Assembly (NCBI RefSeq): GCF_000341395.1
Contig: NC_020304.1
Location: 3,930,001 to 3,962,000, forward strand
Length of the DNA: 32,000 nt
Origin: Desulfocapsa sulfexigens DSM 10523
GTDB taxonomy: Bacteria > Desulfobacterota > Desulfobulbia > Desulfobulbales > Desulfocapsaceae
Reading direction: 5' to 3'
The number at the start of each line of letters is the position of its first letter. The stretch's first letter is position 1. The notes under the pieces were generated by a model, which made no database searches, was not told the DNA's origin, and saw only the letters and a program-made list of their open reading frames with translations. The position numbers were made by a program, and so were the translations under genes. Of the stretch, positions 14,773 to 26,265 are shown one piece after another.

Positions 14773-16296
14773 ATGAGCAAAGAAAATACGCAAATCCTAA
14801 ATCAACGTCGAGAAAAAGCAGATGCCCTGTCCGATCTTGGTGTTAACCTCTATAGCAACGGGTTCAAGCCGGACAACCGGATAAAGGAACTCATTCCAAA
14901 AGGGGAACATCTGGCTGCTGAGACCCTGGATGAAACCAACTATACCTATTCTATTGCCGGCCGCATTATGTCCATGCGCAAATTTGGCAAAGCGGCTTTT
15001 TTCCACCTTGTTGACAGTTCAGGACGTATTCAGGTCTACATCAAGAAAGATGCTCTTGGTGATGAAATTTTTTCCTCTTTCAAAAAATGGGATATTGGCG
15101 ATATTGTCGGAATAGAAGGCAAACTTTTCAAGACCAAAACCGGGGAACTTTCTGTCCTGGCTGACAAACTGGTGATGATTTCCAAGTCCTTGCGTCCCCT
15201 ACCTGAAAAGTTCCATGGTCTCACCGATGTGGAAACACGATACAGGCAACGCTACGTCGATCTGATTGTTACTCCTCAAAGTCGCGAAACATTCAAGAAA
15301 CGTGTGGAGATCGTCCGCCTGATTCGTGAGTTTCTCTCCAATCGTGGCTTTATGGAAGTTGAAACTCCCATGATGCATTCTGTACCAGGTGGTGCTACTG
15401 CCAAACCGTTCAAGACCCATCACAATGCTCTTGACATGGAGCTTTTTCTCCGCATTGCCCCGGAACTCTATTTAAAACGACTTCTCGTTGGTGGCTTTGA
15501 ACGCGTCTTTGAGATTAATAGAAATTTCAGAAATGAAGGACTTTCCACCCGGCATAACCCTGAATTCACCATGCTCGAATTTTATCAGGCCTATGCCACC
15601 TATCACGATCTGATGGAACTCACCGAAGAGATGATTTCCTGGCTTTGTGATGAAGTCAATGACACCATGGAAATTGAATATCAGGGAACCAGAGTCAACC
15701 TTGCCCCTCCCTGGAAACGTATGACCATGGATGAAGCCCTCACCGAAGTAGCTGGAATTGATGCAGCCGATCTTGCCGATGACGAAAAGGTGCTCAGTCT
15801 TGCCAGAGAAAAAGGCATCCAGCTCGAAGAACAGGCTGGACCGGGAAAAGCAAAAACCGAACTTTTTGAACTCCTTGTTGAAGAAAAACTTATTGATCCG
15901 ACATTTATCACTGCCTATCCGACCGAAGTATCGCCACTCGCAAGAAGAAATGAAGAAAACCCCGACGTCACTGACCGCTTTGAGCTCTTTGTCACCGGCC
16001 GGGAACTGGCCAATGCCTTCAGCGAGTTGAATGATCCGATAGATCAGCGGCAGCGCTTTCAGAAACAGATCGATGAGAAAGGGAATGATGACGAAATCCA
16101 TTCGGTTCTCGATGAAGACTTTGTCCGCGCCCTTGAGTATGGTATGCCATCGGCCGCTGGAGAAGGTATCGGCATTGACCGACTGGTGATGCTCCTCACT
16201 GATTCCCCATCAATTCGTGACGTTATCCTCTTCCCACATTTAAAACCAGAAGTTCCAAAAGAGCAAAAAAAGAAAAAGAAGAAAAAAAGTGTTTGA
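14773..16296 (+). CDS. lysS: Lysine--tRNA ligase, class II
   Basis: 507 aa. It has an OB-fold N-domain, class II motifs (FMEVETPMMH; RNEGLSTRHNPEFTMLEFY; GEGIGIDRLVMLLT) and an unusual C-terminal KKKKKKK tail. Confidence 0.95.
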   Translation: MSKENTQILNQRREKADALSDLGVNLYSNGFKPDNRIKELIPKGEHLAAETLDETNYTYSIAGRIMSMRKFGKAAFFHLVDSSGRIQVYIKKDALGDEIFSSFKKWDIGDIVGIEGKLFKTKTGELSVLADKLVMISKSLRPLPEKFHGLTDVETRYRQRYVDLIVTPQSRETFKKRVEIVRLIREFLSNRGFMEVETPMMHSVPGGATAKPFKTHHNALDMELFLRIAPELYLKRLLVGGFERVFEINRNFRNEGLSTRHNPEFTMLEFYQAYATYHDLMELTEEMISWLCDEVNDTMEIEYQGTRVNLAPPWKRMTMDEALTEVAGIDAADLADDEKVLSLAREKGIQLEEQAGPGKAKTELFELLVEEKLIDPTFITAYPTEVSPLARRNEENPDVTDRFELFVTGRELANAFSELNDPIDQRQRFQKQIDEKGNDDEIHSVLDEDFVRALEYGMPSAAGEGIGIDRLVMLLTDSPSIRDVILFPHLKPEVPKEQKKKKKKKSV

Positions 16297-17515
16297 GTGG
16301 TTCATAAGCCTTCGCTACCTGCGGGCACAGCACAAACAAAAATTCATATCACTCATTTCATTTATCTCCGTTGCCGGCATTACCATGGGTGTTATGGCAC
16401 TTATCGTGGTGCTGGCAGTATATTCCGGTTTCACAAATGGTCTGCGTGACCAGATCCTTGGGATTAACTCTCACCTCATTGTCCAGCGCCTCGGTGGAAT
16501 AATCCCGGACTATACTCTGGTACGCGACAGGATTGTGACCATAAACGATGTCACCGGAGCCACCCCTTATCTCTACGCACAAACACTGCTGTCAGGTACA
16601 CGAGGTGGAACCGGTGTGGTGCTTCGCGGAATCGACCCGGCTACTGCAAGAGGTGTGATCGCACTTCCTGAACAAATGGTTGAAGGAAGCATCGATGGTC
16701 TTATTCAGGATACAAATGCCAGACTCCCGGGAATAATACTGGGTATTGCCATGGCCGCTGACCTTCACGTGACTGTTGGTGGCAAAGTGCGTCTGATCTC
16801 TCCCGCCGGCCCTCTCACCCCCATGGGGATCATCCCTAAGATCAAAACCTGTCAGATAGTAGGTATCTTTGAATCTGGGATGTATGAATATGACTCAACA
16901 ATTGCCTATATGCATATTCCGGCAGTTCAGGATTTCCTGGAAAGTGGTGATGTGGTCCACGGGATTGAAGTCACCGTAAAGGAAAAAGAGTTAAACCGGG
17001 CAGACCGTGTCGGAAAGCAGATTGTCGAACTTCTGGGAAGCACATTTGTGGCCAAAGACTGGATGTCCATGAACCGCAACCTCTTTGCCGCCTTTAAGCT
17101 TGAGAAAATCGGAATGTTTATCTGTGTTGCCCTTATCATACTTGTTGCAGCATTGAATATTGTTTCGGCACTCATCATGGTTGTTATGGAGAAAGACAAG
17201 GATATTGCCATACTTAAATCCATGGGAGCAACATCTGGGACCATAATGAAAATTTTCTTCTATCAGGGCCTTGTTATCGGAGTTCTTGGTACTTTTCTTG
17301 GTGTTCTTGGTGGACTTGGACTCTGTGAAATTTTGTCCCGCTACCAATTTATTGAACTTCCCTCCAATGTGTACCCCATGAACACCCTGCCCATTAAAGT
17401 TTTACCCATGGATGTTACAATCATCGCTGTTTCCGCACTCGTCATAACACTGTCCGCCACCATTTATCCCTCCTGGAAAGCGTCAAGGGTGAAGCCTGCC
17501 GAGGTACTTTCATAA
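16289..17515 (+). CDS. Lipoprotein-releasing ABC transporter permease, LolC/LolE family
   Basis: 408 aa. The GTG start at 16289 overlaps the lysS stop by 8 nt. The N-terminus MFEWFISLRYLRA is typical of LolC/E. A FtsX-type C-terminal 3-TM bundle is present, ending in SWKASRVKPAEVL. Confidence 0.9.
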   Translation: MFEWFISLRYLRAQHKQKFISLISFISVAGITMGVMALIVVLAVYSGFTNGLRDQILGINSHLIVQRLGGIIPDYTLVRDRIVTINDVTGATPYLYAQTLLSGTRGGTGVVLRGIDPATARGVIALPEQMVEGSIDGLIQDTNARLPGIILGIAMAADLHVTVGGKVRLISPAGPLTPMGIIPKIKTCQIVGIFESGMYEYDSTIAYMHIPAVQDFLESGDVVHGIEVTVKEKELNRADRVGKQIVELLGSTFVAKDWMSMNRNLFAAFKLEKIGMFICVALIILVAALNIVSALIMVVMEKDKDIAILKSMGATSGTIMKIFFYQGLVIGVLGTFLGVLGGLGLCEILSRYQFIELPSNVYPMNTLPIKVLPMDVTIIAVSALVITLSATIYPSWKASRVKPAEVLS

Positions 17516-18234
17516 TGATTAATCAGGAGTCACTTTTTTCTGCAACAAACATTTGTAAAAGTTTCCACAGCGGAACTGAAAAGATTGAAATACTAAAAGA
17601 CCTTGGGTTCAGCATCAATCAAGGTGAGATGATAGCCATAGTTGGGGCCTCGGGATCGGGAAAAACAACTCTGCTACAGATCCTAGGAACCCTTGACAGT
17701 CCCGATAGTGGTGAGATTTTATTCAACGGCAGAAACCTGACGACTATGAGTGATAATGCTCTTTCACGTTTCCGTAACAAATCCGTGGGATTTATTTTTC
17801 AATTTCACCATCTCCTTCCAGAATTCACAGCCCTTGAAAATGTTATGATGCCTGGACTTATTGCGGGAAAGTCAAAGCTTGAGATGAAAGGACCCGCAAT
17901 GAAACTCCTGAAGCAGGTCGAACTCGACCATAGGACCGGACACAAAGTCAACGAACTTTCGGGCGGCGAACAACAACGCACTGCTCTTGCCCGGGCACTC
18001 ATCATGAAACCTGCTTTACTTCTTGCGGATGAACCAACGGGAAATCTTGATGGGCGTTCAGGGAATATTGTCTTTGATCTTATCAAATCCCTGTGCAGAG
18101 ATATGCAGCTCGCCACGATAATGGTTACACATAATAGAGAACTTGCTCAAAAAATGGACTCTACTTTTACTCTCGAAAACAAAATTCTTGCTCGACAGTC
18201 CACAGTCTCCAGTCACGATATAACCACTGAATAA
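17515..18234 (+). CDS. lolD: Lipoprotein-releasing system ATP-binding protein LolD
   Basis: 239 aa. It has Walker A (GASGSGKTT), the ABC signature (LSGGEQQR) and Walker B (LLLADEPT). Its ATG overlaps the permease stop (TAATG). Confidence 0.9.
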   Translation: MINQESLFSATNICKSFHSGTEKIEILKDLGFSINQGEMIAIVGASGSGKTTLLQILGTLDSPDSGEILFNGRNLTTMSDNALSRFRNKSVGFIFQFHHLLPEFTALENVMMPGLIAGKSKLEMKGPAMKLLKQVELDHRTGHKVNELSGGEQQRTALARALIMKPALLLADEPTGNLDGRSGNIVFDLIKSLCRDMQLATIMVTHNRELAQKMDSTFTLENKILARQSTVSSHDITTE

Positions 18235-18295
18235 TTTAACCCCTCTTACCATTTATTTCGACAACGACATCACATGTCTCTGTTTCAGGGGGAAA

Positions 18296-20770
18296 TTACT
18301 CACTTTTCTCCAAAAACCTCCGATGAGCCAGCATCATTTGTATCTGGCTGTACGAAAAATCATCTCCAAGCTGTGATTTTATAGCTTTCAGGGTATCATC
18401 TTCAGCTGCTGCTATCCCTGCTGCAATACGCTTCTGCAAATCAGGCGAAAGCAAAGTATCAACGGACAGTTTCCCAGTTTGAACAAAAAAACAGAGATGT
18501 TTCTCTATTGTACTGGGGGCAAGCCCCCGCTCCCCTGCAATATCCTTAACACTTTTTCCAGCAGTAAACATTTCCAGGCTGATATCTCTGGTAGATTCTT
18601 TTCGAGATTCCATCGTTTTTGGCTTATTTGCTTCAGGCTCTGGCAATGACACTGTCTCAATATTTTCTTTTTCTCGATAGGTACGAACAAGGGTTACAAT
18701 GTCATCGCCGTAATTTTCGACGGTCTTTTTTCCAACACCTGGAATTGCCAGTAATTCTTTCAGACTCTGGGGCAGACAGACCACAATCTGAATTAACACC
18801 CGCTGATACAGAACCTGAAATCTGGCCACATCAAGTTCCGTCGCCTTTGCGGTACGCCAATCGCGGAGAATGTCAAAGAGTTCAGGATGTTCAATGTCAG
18901 ATTCGGTGTAGGTTGCAGCCTGCTGCTTTTTCACCGTCAAGGGTTGGAAATCTATTTCTGCGACAGACACTGCCCGCAGATATCCCGATGGTGAAAAACC
19001 GTTTTCACAGGATTTCATTCCTGCAGATTTTACCACTATCTCTTTTCTGCAGTTATTAAGAACATTACTAATTTTTTTCCGCAGTTCTTTGTTATCCGTT
19101 TCAAAATGCAGGCTTTGCACGGAGCCATCAAATATGGCAGAAAACTTCTCCTGAAACCAGTAAGATGCCTTTTTAATCCGATCCAGAATGTGTTTGTCGG
19201 TCTCCGGCAGGTTATTGTCTTTGAAAATAGTCCAGAGCTGATTCCTGAAATTTTCACTCACTGAAAAAATGGATTCCCGAGCCTGCTGTTCAATAAGCGT
19301 CAAGTCACCTGTACCCGAAAGCTGGATCACTCTTGCATTGCGCTTCAGCAAGTGGACAAGATAGCCAAGATGTTTTGCCAGCAGGGTAAAATCAAAACAT
19401 TCGTAGAGAAGTTTTTGCTGATAGCTGATTTTTGCCTCGTGAAGGATTCTCTCAGATGGCGGATTGCTGCGACACAGTTTGTCAAACTGCAATACCACAC
19501 GATCCGTAGCCACCCCACTTGTACTGATAGGTGAACTGAGGACCAACCCTTCCAGCGTTTTACAGCGACTGAGCGCTACATACACCTGCCCATGGGCAAA
19601 GGCTCCCTGAGCATCAATAATTGCCCGCTCAAAGGTAAGCCCCTGACTCTTATGAATAGTGATGGCCCAGGCAAGTTTCAAGGGATACTGATCGAACCTT
19701 CCGACAACTTCCTCTTCTATCTCCTTATTCGCCTCATTTATTGTATATTTGATATTTTCCCAGCTGACCGGCTCCACTTCAACCTCTTCAGCATCTCCCG
19801 GACACAGCACAAATATTGTCTTCCCGATAATGGCAGTAATCTTTCCAATTTTTCCATTATAGTACTCTTTTTCAGGAGACGGGTCATTACGGACAAACAT
19901 GACCTGGGCCCCTTTTTTCAGGGTCAGTTGTGGCAGTGTTGGGTAAATATGTTCAGGGAAATCTCCAGAGATAGCCGCAGTAAACGAATATTTCTTTCCA
20001 CCAAGCTCCCGTAATCGTGTCTGGTTAATTGATTCCGCACTGGCATTATGGGTGGTAAGGGTAATATATCCCTGATCTTCCGAAGGGATAAAATCACTTA
20101 TAAAGCGCTCATTCAAAGCATTAATAGTAGGCGGATCGAGTCTGTTTTCCCGCACACTATTCAGGATGCTGATAAAGTTTTCATCGGATTGTCTGTAGAT
20201 ATGTTTGAGCTCGATAGTGAGCAACTCCGTCTGCGACAGGGCCTTACTGGAAAAGAAATAGACCGATTCATAATATTTCTGCAGAAGATTCCACTCATGC
20301 TGTTTTGCGACGGGTGACAACTGATGCAGATCACCAATCATCAGCAGTTGCACCCCTCCAAATGGCTGTTCACTGTGACGATGACGGCGCAAGGCGGCAT
20401 CCACTGCATCGAGCAAATCAGCCCGTACCATACTGATTTCATCGATCACCAGCAGATCTAGACTCTGTATGATCTTCTTTTTTTCCTTGGAAAAACGAAA
20501 CTGACGCTGACTGTTTCGTTCGTATGAATCACTACCGGGGATATAGGGACCAAAGGGGAGCTGAAAAAATGAGTGCAGGGTTACTCCGCCGGCATTCATT
20601 GCCGCCACGCCGGTGGGAGCTGTAATGATCATCCGCTTGGGGGTCTGTTCCTGAAGGCCATGAAGAAAGGTAGTTTTACCGGTTCCCGCCTTTCCCGTCA
20701 GAAAAAGAGTACTGCCGGTATACTGAACGAAATCACTTGCCAGCTGCAGTTGGTGGTTGATGGGAGACAT
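18296..20770 (-). CDS. PIF1/RecD-like SF1B DNA helicase with C-terminal HhH/HRDC-like and HTH regions
   Basis: 824 aa. It has Walker A (TGKAGTGKTT), Walker B (LVIDEISM), PIF1-type motifs (LLMIGDLHQLSPV; ITIHKSQGLTF; YVALSRC), a C-terminal IPGVGKKT hairpin and an HTH-like tail (VKDIAGERGLAPSTIEKHL). Confidence 0.85.
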   Translation of the reverse strand: MSPINHQLQLASDFVQYTGSTLFLTGKAGTGKTTFLHGLQEQTPKRMIITAPTGVAAMNAGGVTLHSFFQLPFGPYIPGSDSYERNSQRQFRFSKEKKKIIQSLDLLVIDEISMVRADLLDAVDAALRRHRHSEQPFGGVQLLMIGDLHQLSPVAKQHEWNLLQKYYESVYFFSSKALSQTELLTIELKHIYRQSDENFISILNSVRENRLDPPTINALNERFISDFIPSEDQGYITLTTHNASAESINQTRLRELGGKKYSFTAAISGDFPEHIYPTLPQLTLKKGAQVMFVRNDPSPEKEYYNGKIGKITAIIGKTIFVLCPGDAEEVEVEPVSWENIKYTINEANKEIEEEVVGRFDQYPLKLAWAITIHKSQGLTFERAIIDAQGAFAHGQVYVALSRCKTLEGLVLSSPISTSGVATDRVVLQFDKLCRSNPPSERILHEAKISYQQKLLYECFDFTLLAKHLGYLVHLLKRNARVIQLSGTGDLTLIEQQARESIFSVSENFRNQLWTIFKDNNLPETDKHILDRIKKASYWFQEKFSAIFDGSVQSLHFETDNKELRKKISNVLNNCRKEIVVKSAGMKSCENGFSPSGYLRAVSVAEIDFQPLTVKKQQAATYTESDIEHPELFDILRDWRTAKATELDVARFQVLYQRVLIQIVVCLPQSLKELLAIPGVGKKTVENYGDDIVTLVRTYREKENIETVSLPEPEANKPKTMESRKESTRDISLEMFTAGKSVKDIAGERGLAPSTIEKHLCFFVQTGKLSVDTLLSPDLQKRIAAGIAAAEDDTLKAIKSQLGDDFSYSQIQMMLAHRRFLEKSE

Positions 20771-20795
20771 GGAAAGGCTGGTGATATAATTACTG

Positions 20796-21715
20796 CTACC
20801 CGATTTTGAGATAATTTCTCAGTACATCGGCAAACAATGGGGCCAGGGAATAGACTTCAAGCAGATCATCACTTACCCTTCCGGGATAGCTGTCGGAACC
20901 AATCACCTTGGTGATGGCGCTGTCTAGAAAACGCTTACGGGCATCGCCTGCCATCACAAGATGAGTGGCAAGCACTGCAATACCAGTTGCTCCCGCATCT
21001 CTACAACGTTCTGCCGTCTGGATAATGGAACCACCGGTACGAATCATATCATCACAGATAACCGCAGTCTTCCCCTTAACAACACTTGAAACCTGACTGA
21101 CGATGGTCTTGTCGGTATCGTAACGATCCTTGTCGGCTGCAGTGTGCGAACATTTAAGGAGGCTGGCAAGTTTCGCCACCTGTTTTGAAAAGCCATAATC
21201 AGGAGAGACCAGAACAAACTCCCCAAGATCCATCTTCTTCAGATGTTCAACCACAAGCTCGCCGGTCCAGATATGTTTCGTTGAGACCTCACCTCCATGG
21301 GCATGCAGTACAGCCTCGGAGTGGAGATCAACAAAGGCGACGAAATCGGGACGAGCCCGGAATATCTGTCTAGCCCTGGTGACCCCCTTGGGAATCTCAA
21401 ACGTACCGCGTTTAGCCCGTTCCATGGTGGAGTAACCAAGGTAGGGAATAACCACATTAACGCTTGCCGCATTGTAGTAACGTCCACCCTGAATAAGATC
21501 CATCAGCTCCTGATGCGATTCTTCAGTATGGGTGCTGGCAACAATAATCAGAGCTTTTCCGGCAATGTCCTTCGGAAAGGCATGATAATTTTCACCGTCG
21601 GCAAAAAGCCTGCGCTCCATGGCGGTGAACTCAAGACCAAGCTCGGCAGCAACTTTCTTCCCGACGTCGGTGGAGGCCAGATTGGCCACCACCACATACC
21701 CCGAACGGCTCTTCA

Positions 21716-21716
<1 letters not shown>
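20796..21716 (-). CDS. Ribose-phosphate pyrophosphokinase (Prs) family protein, divergent paralogue
   Basis: 306 aa from the ATG at 21716, whose A is shared with the leuB TGA. The PRPP loop (ICDDMIRTGGS) and DLHS are present, but the region aligned to the canonical GYARQDR reads GYSTMER. Confidence 0.8.
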
Positions 21717-22834
<1,118 letters not shown>

Positions 22835-22918
22835 TCAATAGAAAAACTCCAATTTATAGTCGCCTATTTCTAGCAAATTCATTGCTATTTTACCAGTGTA
22901 AAAAAAATACATGACCAT

Positions 22919-22948
22919 TTGACTATTCTCCCCATGTTTTGATAAACT
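22919..22948 (+). promoter_or_regulatory. Candidate sigma70-type promoter for the binding-protein / kinase operon
   Basis: TTGACT (22919-22924), an 18-nt spacer, then TAAACT (22943-22948). It lies 40-120 nt upstream of the possible starts of the first PhnD-like gene. This is a hexamer match only. Confidence 0.3.
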
Positions 22949-22990
22949 ATACTAAGTATTCTTCGAAACAGAGCAGATCCACCATTCTCT

Positions 22991-23914
22991 TTGATCGAGG
23001 ACAATTCCGACAGACAAAGATTTCTTCTTTTGATCAAAAGGGACACCCCTCAACGTGGAGAATTAAGGTTGCGAATTTTACTCATCTTTTTCCTCCTGCT
23101 CTCTTCCCTCTCTCCAGCAATAGCCGATGAATCTTCACTAACATTTGGCATTTTCCCAAGACGAAATGCTCAGGTGACATATGAACTTTTCAGCCCCTTA
23201 ACAGATTATCTCAGCTCGGAACTTGGACGGCCAGTCACCCTGGACATCAGCAATAATTTTGAGGTGTTCTGGCAGAAACTGACAGCGGGAAAGTTTGATC
23301 TTATTCACTGCAATCAGTACCACTATCTGGCTGCCAGGAAAAATTTCAATTTCGAGCTCATTGGCACCAATGCAGAGTTTGGAAAAACAACAATTGCCGG
23401 TTCTATTATTGTCCGAAAGGACTCGGGATTTAATTCATTAAAAGACCTCAAGGGAAAAACTATTCTCTTTGGCGGCGGTCCAAGTGCCATGCAGGGCTAC
23501 ATCGTCGCCACATACCTGTTACGTCAGGCAGGCCTTGCTTCAGGAGATTACAAAGAAAAATACGCCATTAATCCAACAAATGCCATCCTGGCCACATACT
23601 ACCAACAGGTCGATGCCGCCGGTTCCGCTGATAACAATCTCCAAATGGACAGAGTCAAAAATCTTATTGATGTTTCACAGCTCAGGTTTCTTGCTCTTAG
23701 CCAACAATTGCCGCAACTCCCATGGGCTGTATCGAGATTTCTGTCTCCAGAACTCCGAATGCAGATTCACGAAATACTGATAACGATGGATCAAACCGAT
23801 AAAGGCCGTGCCGCATTGCATGCCGCTTCGCTCGATAAAATCATTCCGGCTCACGATAGGGATTTCGATCCTTTTAGAGAAATCACCCGGACAATCCGAG
23901 GCGAACAATTTTGA
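22991..23914 (+). CDS. PhnD-like (phosphonate-ABC-type) periplasmic substrate-binding domain protein
   Basis: The sequence LTFGIFPRRNAQVTYELFSPLTDYLSSELGRPVTL...FDLIHCNQYHY is PhnD-family-like. The longest ORF starts at a TTG at 22991. An in-frame TTG at 23069, with GGAG 8 nt upstream, would give MRILLIFFLLLSSLSPAIA, a cleaner signal peptide. Confidence 0.8.
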   Translation: MIEDNSDRQRFLLLIKRDTPQRGELRLRILLIFFLLLSSLSPAIADESSLTFGIFPRRNAQVTYELFSPLTDYLSSELGRPVTLDISNNFEVFWQKLTAGKFDLIHCNQYHYLAARKNFNFELIGTNAEFGKTTIAGSIIVRKDSGFNSLKDLKGKTILFGGGPSAMQGYIVATYLLRQAGLASGDYKEKYAINPTNAILATYYQQVDAAGSADNNLQMDRVKNLIDVSQLRFLALSQQLPQLPWAVSRFLSPELRMQIHEILITMDQTDKGRAALHAASLDKIIPAHDRDFDPFREITRTIRGEQF

Positions 23915-26265
23915 AGGAGCACAACCAAGGCAACAAAAATGACCGTTTAGGTATTCGCCATTCCCTTGGAGCCCGATTTTCTCTCCACATCTTCCTTACC
24001 CTGATTATTGTTAATTTTTTCAGCGTGTTATACATATACAAAACAGAACAAAAGAACAACATTCATGATCTCCGAAATCAGGCTGAGGTTATAGGCAGCT
24101 TCATCGCCTCCTCTGTCCCCCAGCATATCCTGAACTATGACTTCATATCACTCGACACGACACTGCACGAAGCAATGCAGTTAAAAGGTCTCCACTACAC
24201 AGCAATTATAGCAGAAAATGAAGTTTATATTGCAGCCAGAGTTTCCCCTTTATGGAGCAAGGACACGCAGGCGACTGAATCCCTTTTCCCAAGCTTTGAA
24301 AAACAACTCAGTACGATTCAACTCCTGCGACGAACAAGCCTGGACCATATTGACATTTCAACACCTATTATCTTTGGTGACGCTTATCTAGGGCGGGTTA
24401 TTGTTGGATTATCCCTTGATATCAGTAAAAAAAAGACAGAAGATTTCCTGGCAATTCTTCTCATAGTCAACGCAATAGTCGCCTTTTTTGTTGCCGCTGG
24501 AGTATATCTGTTCTTCTGGAAAACCACATTACAGCCAATCTATCATTTGATAGATGGAGCAAAGCGGGTGGCCCATGGAAACTACAATGAACCTGTTGCC
24601 CTCGCCGGATCGGATGAAATCGGCCTGCTGACCAATTCATTTAACACCATGATGTCGGCACGAAAACTTGCAGAAGAGGACATACGAAAAAGTCGTAAGG
24701 ACTGGGAACGACTTTTTAATGCAGTCGATGATGTGGTCACCATTCAGGATAGCAACATGCGCATTCTGCAGGCAAATGATGCAGCGGGCAGATTACTGGA
24801 CAAAGACCCAAACGAGCTCATCGGGATGTACTGTTATAACATCTTCCGTGAAGAGGTGAATGGAATCTGTCATGGATGCCCCACAATTCAATGTCTGGAG
24901 GATCATCAACACCATCATGCAGACATTAAATACCCAGAACTGAAGAAAATTTTCCATGTCTCGGCTTTTCCGATTCATGACGAAGAGCTGGGATGGATTG
25001 GCATTGCCCATATTGCCCGTGACATAACAGATCAAAAAAAGCTTGAGGCCCAATACCGACAAGCCCAGAAAATGGAAGCCATTGGCACTCTTGCCGGTGG
25101 TATCGCCCACGACTTCAACAATATCCTCACTCCGATCTTTGGCTATGCACAACTCATCAAATTAGATGCCCCATCAGGTAGCCAACTGGAAAAAAACATC
25201 GATCGCGTTCTCCATTCCTCCGAGCTGGCCCAGAAACTGGTGAGACAGATCCTCACATTTAGCCGGGAGCGTCAACATGAAATGGACGCTGTACAGCTGC
25301 AACCAATCATAAAAGAATCCATGAAACTGTTGCGAGCCTCCATCCCGACAACCATCGAATTCAAAATAGCTCTGGATGAAAAGTGTGGCAATGTTCTGGT
25401 CGACCCCACCCAGATTCATCAAATCATAATGAATATCTGCACTAACGCCTATCATGCTATGGAGTCTACAGGGGGAACTCTTGGAGTTACCTTAAGGCAG
25501 GTATACCTTGATAAGATGACTGCCCCCCTCAAAGGAAATCTCTCACCGGGCGACTATGTAATGCTTCAAATAAGTGACACAGGGTGTGGCATGGACGAGG
25601 CGACCCGAGACAGAATTTTCGAACCATTCTTTACCACAAAAACAGAGGGCAAAGGGACTGGCATGGGGTTATCCGTGGTTCATGGAATTATCAAGGAATA
25701 CGCGGGCGCCATCCTTGTCTATAGCGAACCTGACGAAGGAACCACTTTCACCATATATTTCCCGGTAATCGATCAAACTGCTCCTCCTGTAATCCAATCG
25801 CCCAAAAAAGATACCGCCAATACCCTCCCCGCTGGTAAAGAACACATTCTGGTAGTCGACGACGAAGAGCTTATTGTTGACCTGGAACGAGGGTTATTAG
25901 AGGGACTGGGATACCGGGTTACTTCCTTTACTAAAAGTGAACAGGCCCTGCAAGCACTCCAGGATACTCCCAAAGCCTTTGACCTGGTGATTACAGACAT
26001 GACCATGCCCAAAATCACAGGAATACAACTTGCTGAAGAGTTGGTGGCTATCCGCCCAGACTTACCAGTTGTACTCTGCACGGGACATAGCCGCATCACA
26101 ATAGAAGAAATTCAAAATTGTTCTGCGATAACAAGCTATCTACCCAAACCGATCGACCTGTTTCGGCTAACCGAAGTCATCCGCGAGGTTCTTGATAGAA
26201 AAAAACAGGGGGCTTCCACCCGGCTATCATTTGCCAAAAAGCACTCTACCACAGTGAAAAAATGA
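23911..26265 (+). CDS. Hybrid sensor histidine kinase (2 TM periplasmic sensor-HAMP-PAS-HisKA-HATPase-REC)
   Basis: 784 aa. The TTG start overlaps the upstream stop (TTGA). It has TM helices ([19 protein letters not shown]; [24 protein letters not shown]), a HAMP domain, a PAS domain ([16 protein letters not shown]), an H-box ([11 protein letters not shown]), a G-box (GTGMGLSVV) and a receiver (ILVVDDEE...LVITDMTMP...LPKP). Confidence 0.9.
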   Translation: MKEHNQGNKNDRLGIRHSLGARFSLHIFLTLIIVNFFSVLYIYKTEQKNNIHDLRNQAEVIGSFIASSVPQHILNYDFISLDTTLHEAMQLKGLHYTAIIAENEVYIAARVSPLWSKDTQATESLFPSFEKQLSTIQLLRRTSLDHIDISTPIIFGDAYLGRVIVGLSLDISKKKTEDFLAILLIVNAIVAFFVAAGVYLFFWKTTLQPIYHLIDGAKRVAHGNYNEPVALAGSDEIGLLTNSFNTMMSARKLAEEDIRKSRKDWERLFNAVDDVVTIQDSNMRILQANDAAGRLLDKDPNELIGMYCYNIFREEVNGICHGCPTIQCLEDHQHHHADIKYPELKKIFHVSAFPIHDEELGWIGIAHIARDITDQKKLEAQYRQAQKMEAIGTLAGGIAHDFNNILTPIFGYAQLIKLDAPSGSQLEKNIDRVLHSSELAQKLVRQILTFSRERQHEMDAVQLQPIIKESMKLLRASIPTTIEFKIALDEKCGNVLVDPTQIHQIIMNICTNAYHAMESTGGTLGVTLRQVYLDKMTAPLKGNLSPGDYVMLQISDTGCGMDEATRDRIFEPFFTTKTEGKGTGMGLSVVHGIIKEYAGAILVYSEPDEGTTFTIYFPVIDQTAPPVIQSPKKDTANTLPAGKEHILVVDDEELIVDLERGLLEGLGYRVTSFTKSEQALQALQDTPKAFDLVITDMTMPKITGIQLAEELVAIRPDLPVVLCTGHSRITIEEIQNCSAITSYLPKPIDLFRLTEVIREVLDRKKQGASTRLSFAKKHSTTVKK

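Noticed and set aside
15472-16101. 209-aa minus-strand ORF inside lysS, with similar long antisense ORFs at 22085-22621, 27510-28040, 29697-30431 and 31375-31938
   Set aside because: Each lies antisense to a gene with unmistakable family motifs (LysRS, LeuB, RsmG/HisD, UbiE/AsnRS, DUF89). None has motifs of its own. They are shadow ORFs.
18235-18295. CCCCT...AGGGG complementary ends in the convergent lolD / helicase gap, as a possible bidirectional terminator
   Set aside because: The loop would be about 40 nt, there is no internal pairing that I could see, and there are no flanking T/A tracts.
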